Made by a program: the position numbers and the translations under genes
Notes under the pieces: model-generated
What the model was told of the DNA's origin: nothing
Databases searched by the model: none
Seen by the model: the letters and a program-made list of their open reading frames with translations, nothing else
Shown: positions 19,699 to 28,320 of the stretch, in pieces
How the letters are laid out: every line of letters begins with the position of its first letter
Position numbering within the stretch: the first letter of the stretch is position 1
NCBI GenBank assembly: GCA_963714705.1
Contig: CAVQPJ010000006.1
Location: 109,845-173,844 of the forward strand
Direction: 5' to 3'
DNA length: 64,000 nt
Source of the DNA: an uncultured Gammaproteobacteria bacterium
GTDB lineage: Bacteria; Pseudomonadota; Gammaproteobacteria; Steroidobacterales; Rariloculaceae

Positions 19699-20808
19699 TC
19701 AGAATGGGCGCGACGCGATCACCTCGCTCAAGATGCCGAGCGCCTCTCGATAACGCGGCATTGCGAGGCCGAAGCCGATTCGAAAATGCGCCGGCGCAGC
19801 AAACGCTTCGCCGAGCGCTAGCAGCACGCCCCGCTCGGCGGCCGCGACGCAAAACGGCCGGGCATCGGCTACGCCGCGCAAGCGCGGGAACGCCGTCATC
19901 GAGCCGTGCGGCCGCATCCACTCGAGCTGCTCCTCGTGCGCCGTGCACCACTCTCCGAGCACGGCGAGATTCTGCGTGCTGACGGTGCGAGCGCGATTCC
20001 AGATCGTCTCGCGATGACGCACGGCGGTCTCGGCCAGCAGCTCGCCGAGTATGCCCGTCGAAGTGGTGAAGTAGCCGTGCGCGTTCTCCAGCTCGTGGCG
20101 CCGCCTCGCGTCTCGCTCGAGCAGCCAACCGATCCGCAAGCCCGGCAGGCTGAACGACTTCGAGAAATCGCCGAGCACGGTGGCGCGCGAGTACTCGCCG
20201 GCGGACCGCACCGGCGTGCCGTGATAGATCGGGTGATAGACCTCGTCGACGACGAGCGGAATGCCGCGGCGCTGCGCGAAGTCGTCGAGCTCACGGACGG
20301 CGTCCTCGCCCACGACGGCGCCGGTCGGGTTGTGTGGCGTGTTCAGGAGGATCAGCTTCGTGCGCGCGTCGGTGAGCCGTTTGATCTCGTCGACGTCCGG
20401 CGCGAAGCCGTTCTCTAGGCGCAGCTCGTAGCGCCGGGTCTCGACGCCGAGCGCTGTCGGAACCTCCATGAACGGCGCGAACGACGGCGTCGGCACGACG
20501 ACGTTCGACTTGGGCTCGCCGGCGACGAAGAACAGCGCGAGCAAGGCCTCCGCGCCGCCGTTGAAGACGAGGATCTCGTCGGGATCGGCGCCGTACATCG
20601 AAGCGAGCGCCACGCGCAACGGCTCGCGGCCCTTCGTCGGGCAATACGTGAGCGCGGCACCGTCGAACCCCGCGCGCTCCGGGTCCGTCATCAGCGCGCG
20701 GATCTCGGCCAAGGTCCACTTCGGCCCCGTGCTCATCCCGAGATGGTGGTCGACCGAATCTCGATATTTCGCAAGCCATTCTTCGAGTAGAAAGGGCACC
20801 AGTCTCAT
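19699..20808 (-). CDS. PLP-dependent aminotransferase class I/II
   Basis: NTPHNPTG, VVDEVY, DFSKSFSLPGLRIGW. Confidence 0.93.
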   Translation of the reverse strand: MRLVPFLLEEWLAKYRDSVDHHLGMSTGPKWTLAEIRALMTDPERAGFDGAALTYCPTKGREPLRVALASMYGADPDEILVFNGGAEALLALFFVAGEPKSNVVVPTPSFAPFMEVPTALGVETRRYELRLENGFAPDVDEIKRLTDARTKLILLNTPHNPTGAVVGEDAVRELDDFAQRRGIPLVVDEVYHPIYHGTPVRSAGEYSRATVLGDFSKSFSLPGLRIGWLLERDARRRHELENAHGYFTTSTGILGELLAETAVRHRETIWNRARTVSTQNLAVLGEWCTAHEEQLEWMRPHGSMTAFPRLRGVADARPFCVAAAERGVLLALGEAFAAPAHFRIGFGLAMPRYREALGILSEVIASRPF

Positions 20809-20890
20809 CGCACCCCCAAGCTAGGCGCGCCGCCGCGGATTCGGGCATTATTCGGCTGAGCCGTGACCGAAGAATAGAGGGGGGAGCGCC

Positions 20891-21303
20891 GTGCGACTTC
20901 TGACGCTGGTTGTGCCTGGCATGGCATGCCTGCTGGCGCACGGCGGCGCGCACGCGCACCACGCGTTTGCCACCGAGTTCGACGTGAACCGCCAGATCGA
21001 CGCTCGAAGGCAAGGTCGTCAAAGTCGAGCTCATCAATCCGCACTCGTGGATTCACGTCGAGGTCATCCAGGACGGCAAGCCCGTCACGTGGATGGTCGA
21101 AGGCGGCAGCCCGAACGCGCTCGTGCGGCGCGGCATCACGAAGAACTCGATTCCGATCGGCTCGGAGCTCGTGATCCGCGGCTACGGCACACGCGACGGC
21201 ACGAACAAAGCCGTCGGCCGCGACATGACGTTCGCCGACGGGCGCGCGCTGTTCTTCGGCGGCACGGCGGCGCCCGGCGAAGACGACCGGCGCTCCGCAA
21301 TGA
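20891..21303 (+). CDS. DUF6152-family secreted protein, frameshifted
   Basis: AHA-HHAFATEFD, then after a break near 21003 LEGKVVKVELINPHSWIH...WMVEGGSPNAL; end approximate. Confidence 0.75.
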
Positions 21304-22116
21304 AACGACATTCGCTGACCGGCTCGCGCTGCTCGGCTGCAGCGGCCAGCGCACGCGCAAGTCCTGACCGAGATTCCGCGCGCGGCGAACGGCCGCCCCG
21401 ACCTCTGCGGCGTGTGGCAAGCGCTGAACACGGCGCACTGGAACCTCGAGCCGCACGTCTCCGGCCTACCCGGTCGCTGCTCGAGCTCGGCGCGCAGTTC
21501 GCCGTGCCGCCGGGCAACGGCGTCGTCGACGGCGGCGCGATTCCCGTATCTGCCCGAGGCGCGCGCCGAGCGCGACCGGCGCTTCGAGAATCGCTTGATC
21601 GACGACCCCGAAGGCAAGTGCTACATGGGCGGCGTGCCGCGCTCGACGTACATGCCGTATCCGTTCCAGATCCTGCAGAGCGAGCGCGACGTCGTCATCT
21701 ACTATCAGTTCGCGACGGCGTTCCGCCGCATCTTCGTCGACGGCAAGGAAGAAGCGCCGCTCGATAGCTGGATGGGCTGGTCGAACGGCCACTGGGACGG
21801 CAACACGTTCGTCGTCGACGTCACGGGCTTGAACGGCCTCACGTGGCTCGACCGCGCCGGCAACTACGCGAGCGGCAGCGCGCACATCACGGAGCGCTAC
21901 ACGCCGCTCGGCCCGAACCACTTGCAGTACGAAGCGACGATCGACGACGCGACCGTGTTCTCGCGGCCGTGGACGATCCGCATGCCGCTCTATCGCGTCG
22001 TCGACGAGGACTTCCGCATGCTCGAGTTCAAGTGCGAGCCGTACGCGGAAGAGAAGATCTACGGGCATTTGCGCAAGCCGGGCACCGAGCCACCGGCAGG
22101 AGCATCGAGCCAATGA
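21300..22116 (+). CDS. Uncharacterised secreted 'GHWDGNTFVV' family protein, frameshifted
   Basis: DPEGKCYMGGVPR, PFQILQ, GWSNGHWDGNTFVVD, TERYT, IDDATVFSRPW, EFKCE. Confidence 0.75.
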
Positions 22117-23079
22117 AACATCACACCGTATCTGCCGTCGCGCGCGTTGGCTCGCCGCGATCGCGCCGCTCTGCGCGCAAGCGCAGAAAGCAGCCGCGCA
22201 CGTCGTGGGGCGATCCCGACCTCACGGGCGCGTACAGCCGAGTTCACGACGGCGCCGCTCGAGCGCGACGCGAAGAATACGGCGACAAGGAGTTCCTCGC
22301 GCGCGAGGAGTACGAGGAGTTCGCGAAGCGCCGGCTCGATCAGCAGCTTCGACGACGACGACACGGAGCCCGGCACGCAGGCAGACGTCCACTACAGCAT
22401 GGGCCAGTTCCAGTTGAGCGAGAACGAAGGCGTGCATTCGCTGAACCTGCGCACGTCGATCGTCACGCAGCCGAAGAACGGCCGCATCCCGCCGCTGACG
22501 ACCGCGGCCGCCGCGCGCCGCGACGAACGCGCGGCGGCGCGCAGAGGCAAGGAGTTCGACGGCCCCGAGATGCGCTCGTTGACCGAGCGCTGCGTCATCT
22601 GGTCGAGCACGCAGCCGCCGATCCTGCCGCGCGGCTACAACAGCAACCTGCAAATCTTCCAGAGCCCCGGCTACGTGATCGTCCAGGGCGAGATGGGCGA
22701 TCCGCGCGTGATCCCGACCGACGGCCGCCGCTGCCCGACAAGCTGCTGCCGCAGTGGAACGGCACGTCGGTCGGCCGCTGGGACGGCGACACGTTCGTCA
22801 TCGAGACGGCGGGCTTCCATCCGGAGATCCGCGTGGCGCAACGCGAGCGAGAAGATGCGCGTCACGGAGCGCATCACGCGCGTCGACGAGGACACGCTCG
22901 AGTACGCGTTCACGGTCGTCGATCCCGACACGTGGGCCGAGCCCTGGGGCGGCGTCTATCCGCTGACGAAGCTCGACGGCCTGCTCTACGAGTACGCCTG
23001 CACGGAAGGCAACTACGGCATGGCGAACATCCTCTCGGGCGCACGCGTCGGCGAGAAGGAAGCCGCCGCGAAGCCGTAG
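22113..23079 (+). CDS. Uncharacterised secreted 'GRWDGDTFVI' family protein, frameshifted
   Basis: PRTSWGDPDLTG, SLTERC, YNSNLQIFQ, GRWDGDTFVIET, TERITR, EYACTEGNY, spread over three frames. Confidence 0.75.
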
Positions 23080-23086
23080 CGCCGCG

Positions 23087-24169
23087 CTAACGCGGTAGGT
23101 GTCCGACGTAGACGCTCTGCGGGCGAATCAGGCGCCCGACCGCGCGCTGCTCGAAGCAATGCGCGGTCCAGCCCGCGACGCGGCCGATCGCGAACGTCGG
23201 CGTGAAGAACGCGGCCTCTATCCCAAGGCCATGCAGCAGCAACGCGGTGTAGAACTCGACGTTCGTCTTGAGGCGCCGCCCCGGTTTGTGCTCCTCGAGG
23301 ACGCGCAGCGCCGTGGCCTCGACGGCGCGCGCGAGCTCGTAGAGGCGCAGGTCCCCTGCGCGCTCGAACATCCGCGCCGCGGCGGCCGCGAGCACGTCGG
23401 CGCGCGGGTCACGGACCTTGTAGATGCGGTGTCCGAAGCCCATCAGTCGCTCGCCGCGAGCGATTTTCCCGCGCAGCACGGCTTCGGCGCGCTCAGCCGA
23501 GCCGATCTCGAACACCGTGTCGAGCGCCGGCCCCGGCGCACCGCCGTGCAGCGGCCCTTTCAGCGCGCCGACGGCGCCCGTGACCGCCGACACGAAGTCG
23601 GAGCCCGTCGACGTGATGACGCGCGCCGCGAACGTCGAGGCGTTCAAGCCGTGATCCGCCACGGTCGTCAGATAGACGTTTAGGCCGCGCACGAGCTCGG
23701 CGTGCGGCTGCGAGCCCGTCAGCATGTGCAGGTAGTTACCGGCGAGACTCGAGCCGGCGCGCGGAGCAATCGGCTCCACGCCGCGCAGCAGACGCGCGTA
23801 CGCGGCGACGATGGTCGGAAACGAGCCGACGAGCACGTGCGCCGCTGCGACGTCGTCCTCGGCCGCGAGCGTGCCGGCCGCCATGCGCAGCGCGTCCATC
23901 GGCGGCACGCCGCGCTCCGCCGCGGCACGCAGCAGCGCCAGCGTCGAGGCCGGCAGCGGCAGCGCGACGACGCGACCCTGCCGGGGGACGCCCGCGGCTT
24001 CCCACAGCTCCGCGACGACGTCCTCGTAGTCGTGCCGCACGAGGTCTTCGAGCCGGTGACCCGCGACGATGAGCTCACCGCGCTCGCCGTCGACGTGGCT
24101 CAGGTGCGTCTCGGCGGCGATGACACCTTCGAGGCCTGGATTCGCTCGCATCGAGATTTGCGTCGCCAT
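23087..24169 (-). CDS. Citrate synthase / methylcitrate synthase family protein
   Basis: GLEGVIAAET, DHGLNASTF, GPLHGGA, GFGHRIY, DPR, NVEFY. Confidence 0.93.
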   Translation of the reverse strand: MATQISMRANPGLEGVIAAETHLSHVDGERGELIVAGHRLEDLVRHDYEDVVAELWEAAGVPRQGRVVALPLPASTLALLRAAAERGVPPMDALRMAAGTLAAEDDVAAAHVLVGSFPTIVAAYARLLRGVEPIAPRAGSSLAGNYLHMLTGSQPHAELVRGLNVYLTTVADHGLNASTFAARVITSTGSDFVSAVTGAVGALKGPLHGGAPGPALDTVFEIGSAERAEAVLRGKIARGERLMGFGHRIYKVRDPRADVLAAAAARMFERAGDLRLYELARAVEATALRVLEEHKPGRRLKTNVEFYTALLLHGLGIEAAFFTPTFAIGRVAGWTAHCFEQRAVGRLIRPQSVYVGHLPR

Positions 24170-24201
24170 GCCAGCCAACGTATGGTCCGTGCACGTACTA
24201 G

Positions 24202-24223
24202 TCAATATTGATTCAACAATCAA
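24202..24223. promoter_or_regulatory. Overlapping palindromes in the divergent intergenic region; candidate operator
   Basis: TCAATATTGA (24202-24211) and TTGATT-N4-AATCAA (24208-24223) in an AT-rich 55-bp gap. Confidence 0.6.
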
Positions 24224-24224
24224 C

Positions 24225-25415
24225 ATGGCCAAACCGAAAGCTGCCTGGCTGGATGCCGACGAGGCCGTCGAAGCCCTCGGCGTCAGCCGCGCGACGTTGT
24301 ATGCGTACGTGAGCCGCGGGCGGATCCGTTCCGAGGCCGCCCCGGGCGGCGAGCGGCGCAGTCGCTACGCGCGTGACGACATCGAGCGGCTGCTCGCGCG
24401 CTCGCGCGAGCGACGCAACCCCGAGAAAGCCGCCGAGCAGGCGCTGCACTGGGGCCTGCCGATCCTCGAGTCCGCGATCACGCTGATCGCCGACGGGCAC
24501 ATCTACTACCGCGGCCATGACGCCGGCACGCTCGCGCGCGAGCGCTCCATCGCCGACGTCGCGGCGCTGCTCTGGACCGGCACCGCCGACGGCCGCGTGC
24601 TCGGGCCGCCGCCGCGTACGCCCGCGGCACCGCGCACGCGCGACGGCGTGCCGTTCATCGCGGCGGCGCAGTCGGCGCTCGCGCTCGCTTCGGCCGGCGA
24701 TCCCCTCGCGTACGATCTGCGGCCGCGCACGGTGGCACAAACCGGTTGGAGGATCCTCTGGCTGCTGACGAGGCTCGCGGCCGGCAGCGGCCGCGCCGGA
24801 GAAACCGTCGATGCGACGCTAGCCTCCGCCTGGGGCGCCCCGCGGTCGGCCGAGCTGATCCGCGCCGCGCTGATCGCCTGCGCCGATCACGAGCTCAACG
24901 TATCGGCGTTCACGGCGCGATGCGTCGCTTCCGCGGGAGCGTCCCCGTACAACGTCGTCATCGCCGGCTTGGCGGCGCTCGAAGGAACGAAGCACGGCGG
25001 CGCGACGGCGCGCTTCGATGCCTTTTGGGACACGCTGCCGCGCAAGGCCGACCTGCGCGCCGCGTTCACGGAACGTTTGCGCCGCGGCGAGATCATCGAA
25101 GGTTTCGGCCACCCGCTGTATCCCGGCGGCGACCCGCGTGCCGCGCTGCTGCTCGCGATGCTGCCGAAGGGCAAGACCGCCACGTTCGCGCGCGAGCTCG
25201 CCGCGGCGGCTAAGGCCGTCATCGGCGAGGCGCCGACCGTAGACTTCGCGCTCGTCGCCGTCGCGCGTGCACTCAAGCTGCCGAACGGCGCCGCGCTGAC
25301 GTTGTTCGCGATCGGCCGCACGATCGGCTGGATCGGCCACGCAGTCGAGCAGTACGAGGCGGACGCGATCATCCGGCCGCGCGCCAAGTACGTTGGCGCT
25401 ACGCCATTGACCTAG
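24225..25415 (+). CDS. Citrate-synthase-family protein with N-terminal excisionase/MerR-like HTH
   Basis: EAVEALGVSRATLYAYVSRG HTH followed by DHELNVSAF, HGGA, GFGHPLY, DPRA, TVDFAL. Confidence 0.9.
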   Translation: MAKPKAAWLDADEAVEALGVSRATLYAYVSRGRIRSEAAPGGERRSRYARDDIERLLARSRERRNPEKAAEQALHWGLPILESAITLIADGHIYYRGHDAGTLARERSIADVAALLWTGTADGRVLGPPPRTPAAPRTRDGVPFIAAAQSALALASAGDPLAYDLRPRTVAQTGWRILWLLTRLAAGSGRAGETVDATLASAWGAPRSAELIRAALIACADHELNVSAFTARCVASAGASPYNVVIAGLAALEGTKHGGATARFDAFWDTLPRKADLRAAFTERLRRGEIIEGFGHPLYPGGDPRAALLLAMLPKGKTATFARELAAAAKAVIGEAPTVDFALVAVARALKLPNGAALTLFAIGRTIGWIGHAVEQYEADAIIRPRAKYVGATPLT

Positions 25416-25467
25416 CGCCGGGAATGGGCAGGCACTAGCATCGGTACCGCAAGACGGAGGACTAGAA

Positions 25468-25983
25468 GTGTCAGGGGACTCTGTGAACATATCGCGCGGA
25501 CTGCTAGTCGCAATACTCGTTGTTGCCGTTCTCAACCTGGTTCTTGCCGCCGTGCAGACGGGGATCGCGTTGAGAACCCCGCCCGTGGTCGCCGCGGAAA
25601 GCGGGGAAACATCGACGGCTCGCCGATGGTCACCCGCTGAAACGGATGCCTTGGCCGCTCGCGTGATCGAGCCGTTCAACCGCGGCGACCTGAACGCTCT
25701 TTATGAACTGTTCGATCCTCTGGCGCGCAACCAGTTTTCCCGCGAAGACTTCGAGAAGCAGTTCAAACCGCTGTCGGAGCTCATCGGTCAAATCGACTCA
25801 GCTTCGTTCGCTGGGAGCCAAACACTTCAAAACCAGGGCTCACTTGACGTCTACCAGTTGAACTACGTCGTGCGGTTGTCCGGAGGGCAGGTTCCGACTG
25901 GTGCAATGAATATCAACGTCGTCGATCGCGACGGCCAACTTGGGATTGTCGGAGTGTTTATCAACGGGCGAACAGGCCGGTAG
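25468..25983 (+). CDS. Hypothetical membrane-anchored protein (possible NTF2-like domain)
   Basis: GGAGG SD, N-terminal TM helix, no family securely recognised. Confidence 0.6.
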   Translation: MSGDSVNISRGLLVAILVVAVLNLVLAAVQTGIALRTPPVVAAESGETSTARRWSPAETDALAARVIEPFNRGDLNALYELFDPLARNQFSREDFEKQFKPLSELIGQIDSASFAGSQTLQNQGSLDVYQLNYVVRLSGGQVPTGAMNINVVDRDGQLGIVGVFINGRTGR

Positions 25984-25996
25984 CTATCCCTCGAGA

Positions 25997-26533
25997 ATGG
26001 AATTGGAAGGCGACAGAGTCACGTTGCGGGAGTTCTGCTCCGACGACGTCGCGGACCTCGAGAGGTATCACGGCGATCCCCGCTACCTCGAGTTCTACGC
26101 GCCGGAGGTCAGCGAGCCGGCGTTTCCGAAGATGCTCGTGGAGCTGTTCATCCGGACGGCACAGACGAAGCCCAGGCACGACTACACCCTCGCAATCGTC
26201 GAGCGCGACTCCTCGCAGTTGATCGGCTGCTGTAGCCTGCGTACTGCCGGCCAGAAGGCCGGCTACGCGGAGTTTGGCATGGAAGTGTCACCGAACTTCT
26301 GGGGCCGCGGCTTGGCGGCCGAAGCCGCGCGCGAGATGATCCGGTTCGGTTTCGAAGCGCTCAGCCTCGACGAAATACGCGGCGTATCCGTGACCGCAAA
26401 CCGACGCGTCGAGCGGCTGGTTACACGGCTTGGATTCGTGAATCTCGGTGAGCACGACGGCGCTCCTTGGATGACAGCCCGAGGCTGGACGCATACCGTA
26501 TGGGCTCTGACCAAAGCAACCTGGGTGCCATGA
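25997..26533 (+). CDS. GNAT acetyltransferase, RimJ/RimL type
   Basis: RVTLREF, LIG, AEFG, FWGRGLAAEAA, N...RLGF. Confidence 0.9.
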   Translation: MELEGDRVTLREFCSDDVADLERYHGDPRYLEFYAPEVSEPAFPKMLVELFIRTAQTKPRHDYTLAIVERDSSQLIGCCSLRTAGQKAGYAEFGMEVSPNFWGRGLAAEAAREMIRFGFEALSLDEIRGVSVTANRRVERLVTRLGFVNLGEHDGAPWMTARGWTHTVWALTKATWVP

Positions 26534-26560
26534 CATTGCAGCGAGGCTGAAGGGGAACTC

Positions 26561-28138
26561 ATGGCAACACCACCGGGAATTTCCGAACGCGATTTCGCAC
26601 GCGCGCTCGCCGAGCTGCGCAACGCCGTCGGCACCGAATGGGTGTTCACGTCGGACGCCGACATGAACCTCTATCGCGACGCGTACTCGCCGTTCAAAGG
26701 CGAAGCCGAGGATCGAGTCCCCTCCGCAGCCGTCGCACCCGACACCGTCGAGCAGGTGCAAGCCGTCGTGAGGATCGCCAACGCGCACCGTATTCCGCTC
26801 TGGACGATCTCGACGGGGCGCAACCTGGGCTACGGCGGCTCGGCGCCCGCCTATTCCGGCAGCGTCGTCGTCGATCTGAAGCGCATGAACCGCATCCTCG
26901 AGGTCAACGACAAGACGCACTACGCCGTCGTCGAACCCGGCGTCAGCTACTTCGATCTCTACCGCTACATTCAGGAACGCGGGCTGAAGGTCTGGATCGA
27001 TCCCGCGGATCCCGGCTGGGGTTCGCCGGTCGGCAACGCGCTCGAGCGCGGCGGCGGCCGCACGCCGATGCGCGATCACTGGAACGCCGTCTGCGGGCTC
27101 GAGGTCGTGCTCGCGAACGGCGAGGTGCTGCGCACCGGCATGGGCGCCATGGCGAATTCCGAGGTCTGGCATCAGTACAAGTACGGCTTCGGCCCGCTCG
27201 TCGACGGCCTCTTCTCGCAATCGAACTTCGGCATCGTGACGCGCATGGGCCTCTGGCTCATGCCTTCACCGGAGGGTTATCGCGACGGGCGAATCAACGT
27301 TGCGCAGCACGACGACCTCGTGCCGTTCATGGAGACGTACGCGTATCTCATGAACTCCGACATCCTGCGCGGCACGATGCTGCTCGAGAGCCCGCTCCTG
27401 AGCTATCACGTCTCGCAAGGCGGCTCGTTCTTCGAGATGCCCAGCGGCCCTTCGATCGCAGAGCTCGACGGCTTGGCGCGCGAGCGCAACCTGCCCTACT
27501 GGAGCGCCGAGCTCCGGTTCTGGGGACCGCCGACGCTCATCGACGCGCAATGGAACTACGTCAAGGAAAAATTCGGCGCGATCCCGGGCTCGACGTTCGC
27601 CGACGGCCGCCGCTACGTGTTCCCGGCCGACGTCGACCAGAACGACCCCACGCTCGCCGTCGCGCTCGGCACCCCGTCGCTCGGCGTGTTCGGGCTGCTG
27701 CAAGGCGGCGGCCACCTCGGCTTCTCGCCGATCATCCCGATGACGGGCGAGGCGGTCTTCAAAGCGCAGCGCGCGTTCGGGGAGCTCTACGCCGAGCTCG
27801 CCCTGCCCGCTGCGAATCAGTTCGCGGCGCTGCCGTGGTCGTACAACCCGCGCGCGCTCGTGCTGTTGTTCGGTTTGCCGATGTCGCGCGACACGGAACA
27901 GAACCGCCAGAGCCGTGAGATCTTCGAGCGCCTGGTCGAGGTCTCGGCCGAGAACGGCTGGGCCGAGTATCGAACGCACATCGCGTTCATGGACCAGGTC
28001 GCCGAGATGTACTCCTTCAACGATCACGCGATGCGGCGCTTCCACGAGCTGTTGAAGGACGCCGTCGATCCGAACGGCATTCTCTCGCCGGGCAAGTCCG
28101 GCATTTGGCCGCAACGTTTGCGCCGCAACCGGGCCTGA
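26561..28138 (+). CDS. VAO/PCMH-family FAD-linked oxidase (vanillyl-alcohol/eugenol oxidase-like)
   Basis: STGRNLGYGG, VEPGVSY, GP.VDGLFSQSNFGIVT, GGHLGFSP, EYRTH, DPNGILSPGKSGIW. Confidence 0.92.
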   Translation: MATPPGISERDFARALAELRNAVGTEWVFTSDADMNLYRDAYSPFKGEAEDRVPSAAVAPDTVEQVQAVVRIANAHRIPLWTISTGRNLGYGGSAPAYSGSVVVDLKRMNRILEVNDKTHYAVVEPGVSYFDLYRYIQERGLKVWIDPADPGWGSPVGNALERGGGRTPMRDHWNAVCGLEVVLANGEVLRTGMGAMANSEVWHQYKYGFGPLVDGLFSQSNFGIVTRMGLWLMPSPEGYRDGRINVAQHDDLVPFMETYAYLMNSDILRGTMLLESPLLSYHVSQGGSFFEMPSGPSIAELDGLARERNLPYWSAELRFWGPPTLIDAQWNYVKEKFGAIPGSTFADGRRYVFPADVDQNDPTLAVALGTPSLGVFGLLQGGGHLGFSPIIPMTGEAVFKAQRAFGELYAELALPAANQFAALPWSYNPRALVLLFGLPMSRDTEQNRQSREIFERLVEVSAENGWAEYRTHIAFMDQVAEMYSFNDHAMRRFHELLKDAVDPNGILSPGKSGIWPQRLRRNRA

Positions 28139-28155
28139 TCGAGGCCGTTAGGCGG

Positions 28156-28185
28156 TTGACACCGCGCCGTTCGATCTTCGAGACT
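28156..28185 (+). promoter_or_regulatory. Candidate sigma-70 promoter for the ankyrin gene
   Basis: TTGACA (28156-28161), 18 nt, GAGACT (28180-28185); the -10 is imperfect. Confidence 0.45.
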
Positions 28186-28320
28186 AGCGCCAGCGCGCTC
28201 TGGGGCGCCTCCTGTCCGCGGCAAGGGAATTTTCCCACCCACCTCGTCCGAAGGGGCTTTATCTAAACCTCTTTCCGGCCTGCATTCAGCGGACGCCAGG
28301 CGATAACGGAAGGTGGTGTT
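28186..28320 (+). ncRNA. Putative structured cis-regulatory 5' leader RNA
   Basis: GCGCC 28187-91 pairs GGCGC 28204-08; long stem ACCTCTTTCCG 28267-77 with CGGAAGGTGGT 28307-17 and inner GCCTG 28278-82 with CAGGC 28297-301 buries the RBS just before ATG 28321. Confidence 0.55.

Noticed and set aside
19699..20808. Aminotransferase as a marker of a secondary-metabolite cluster
   Set aside because: No NRPS, PKS or tailoring genes adjacent; only a general class I/II assignment is supported
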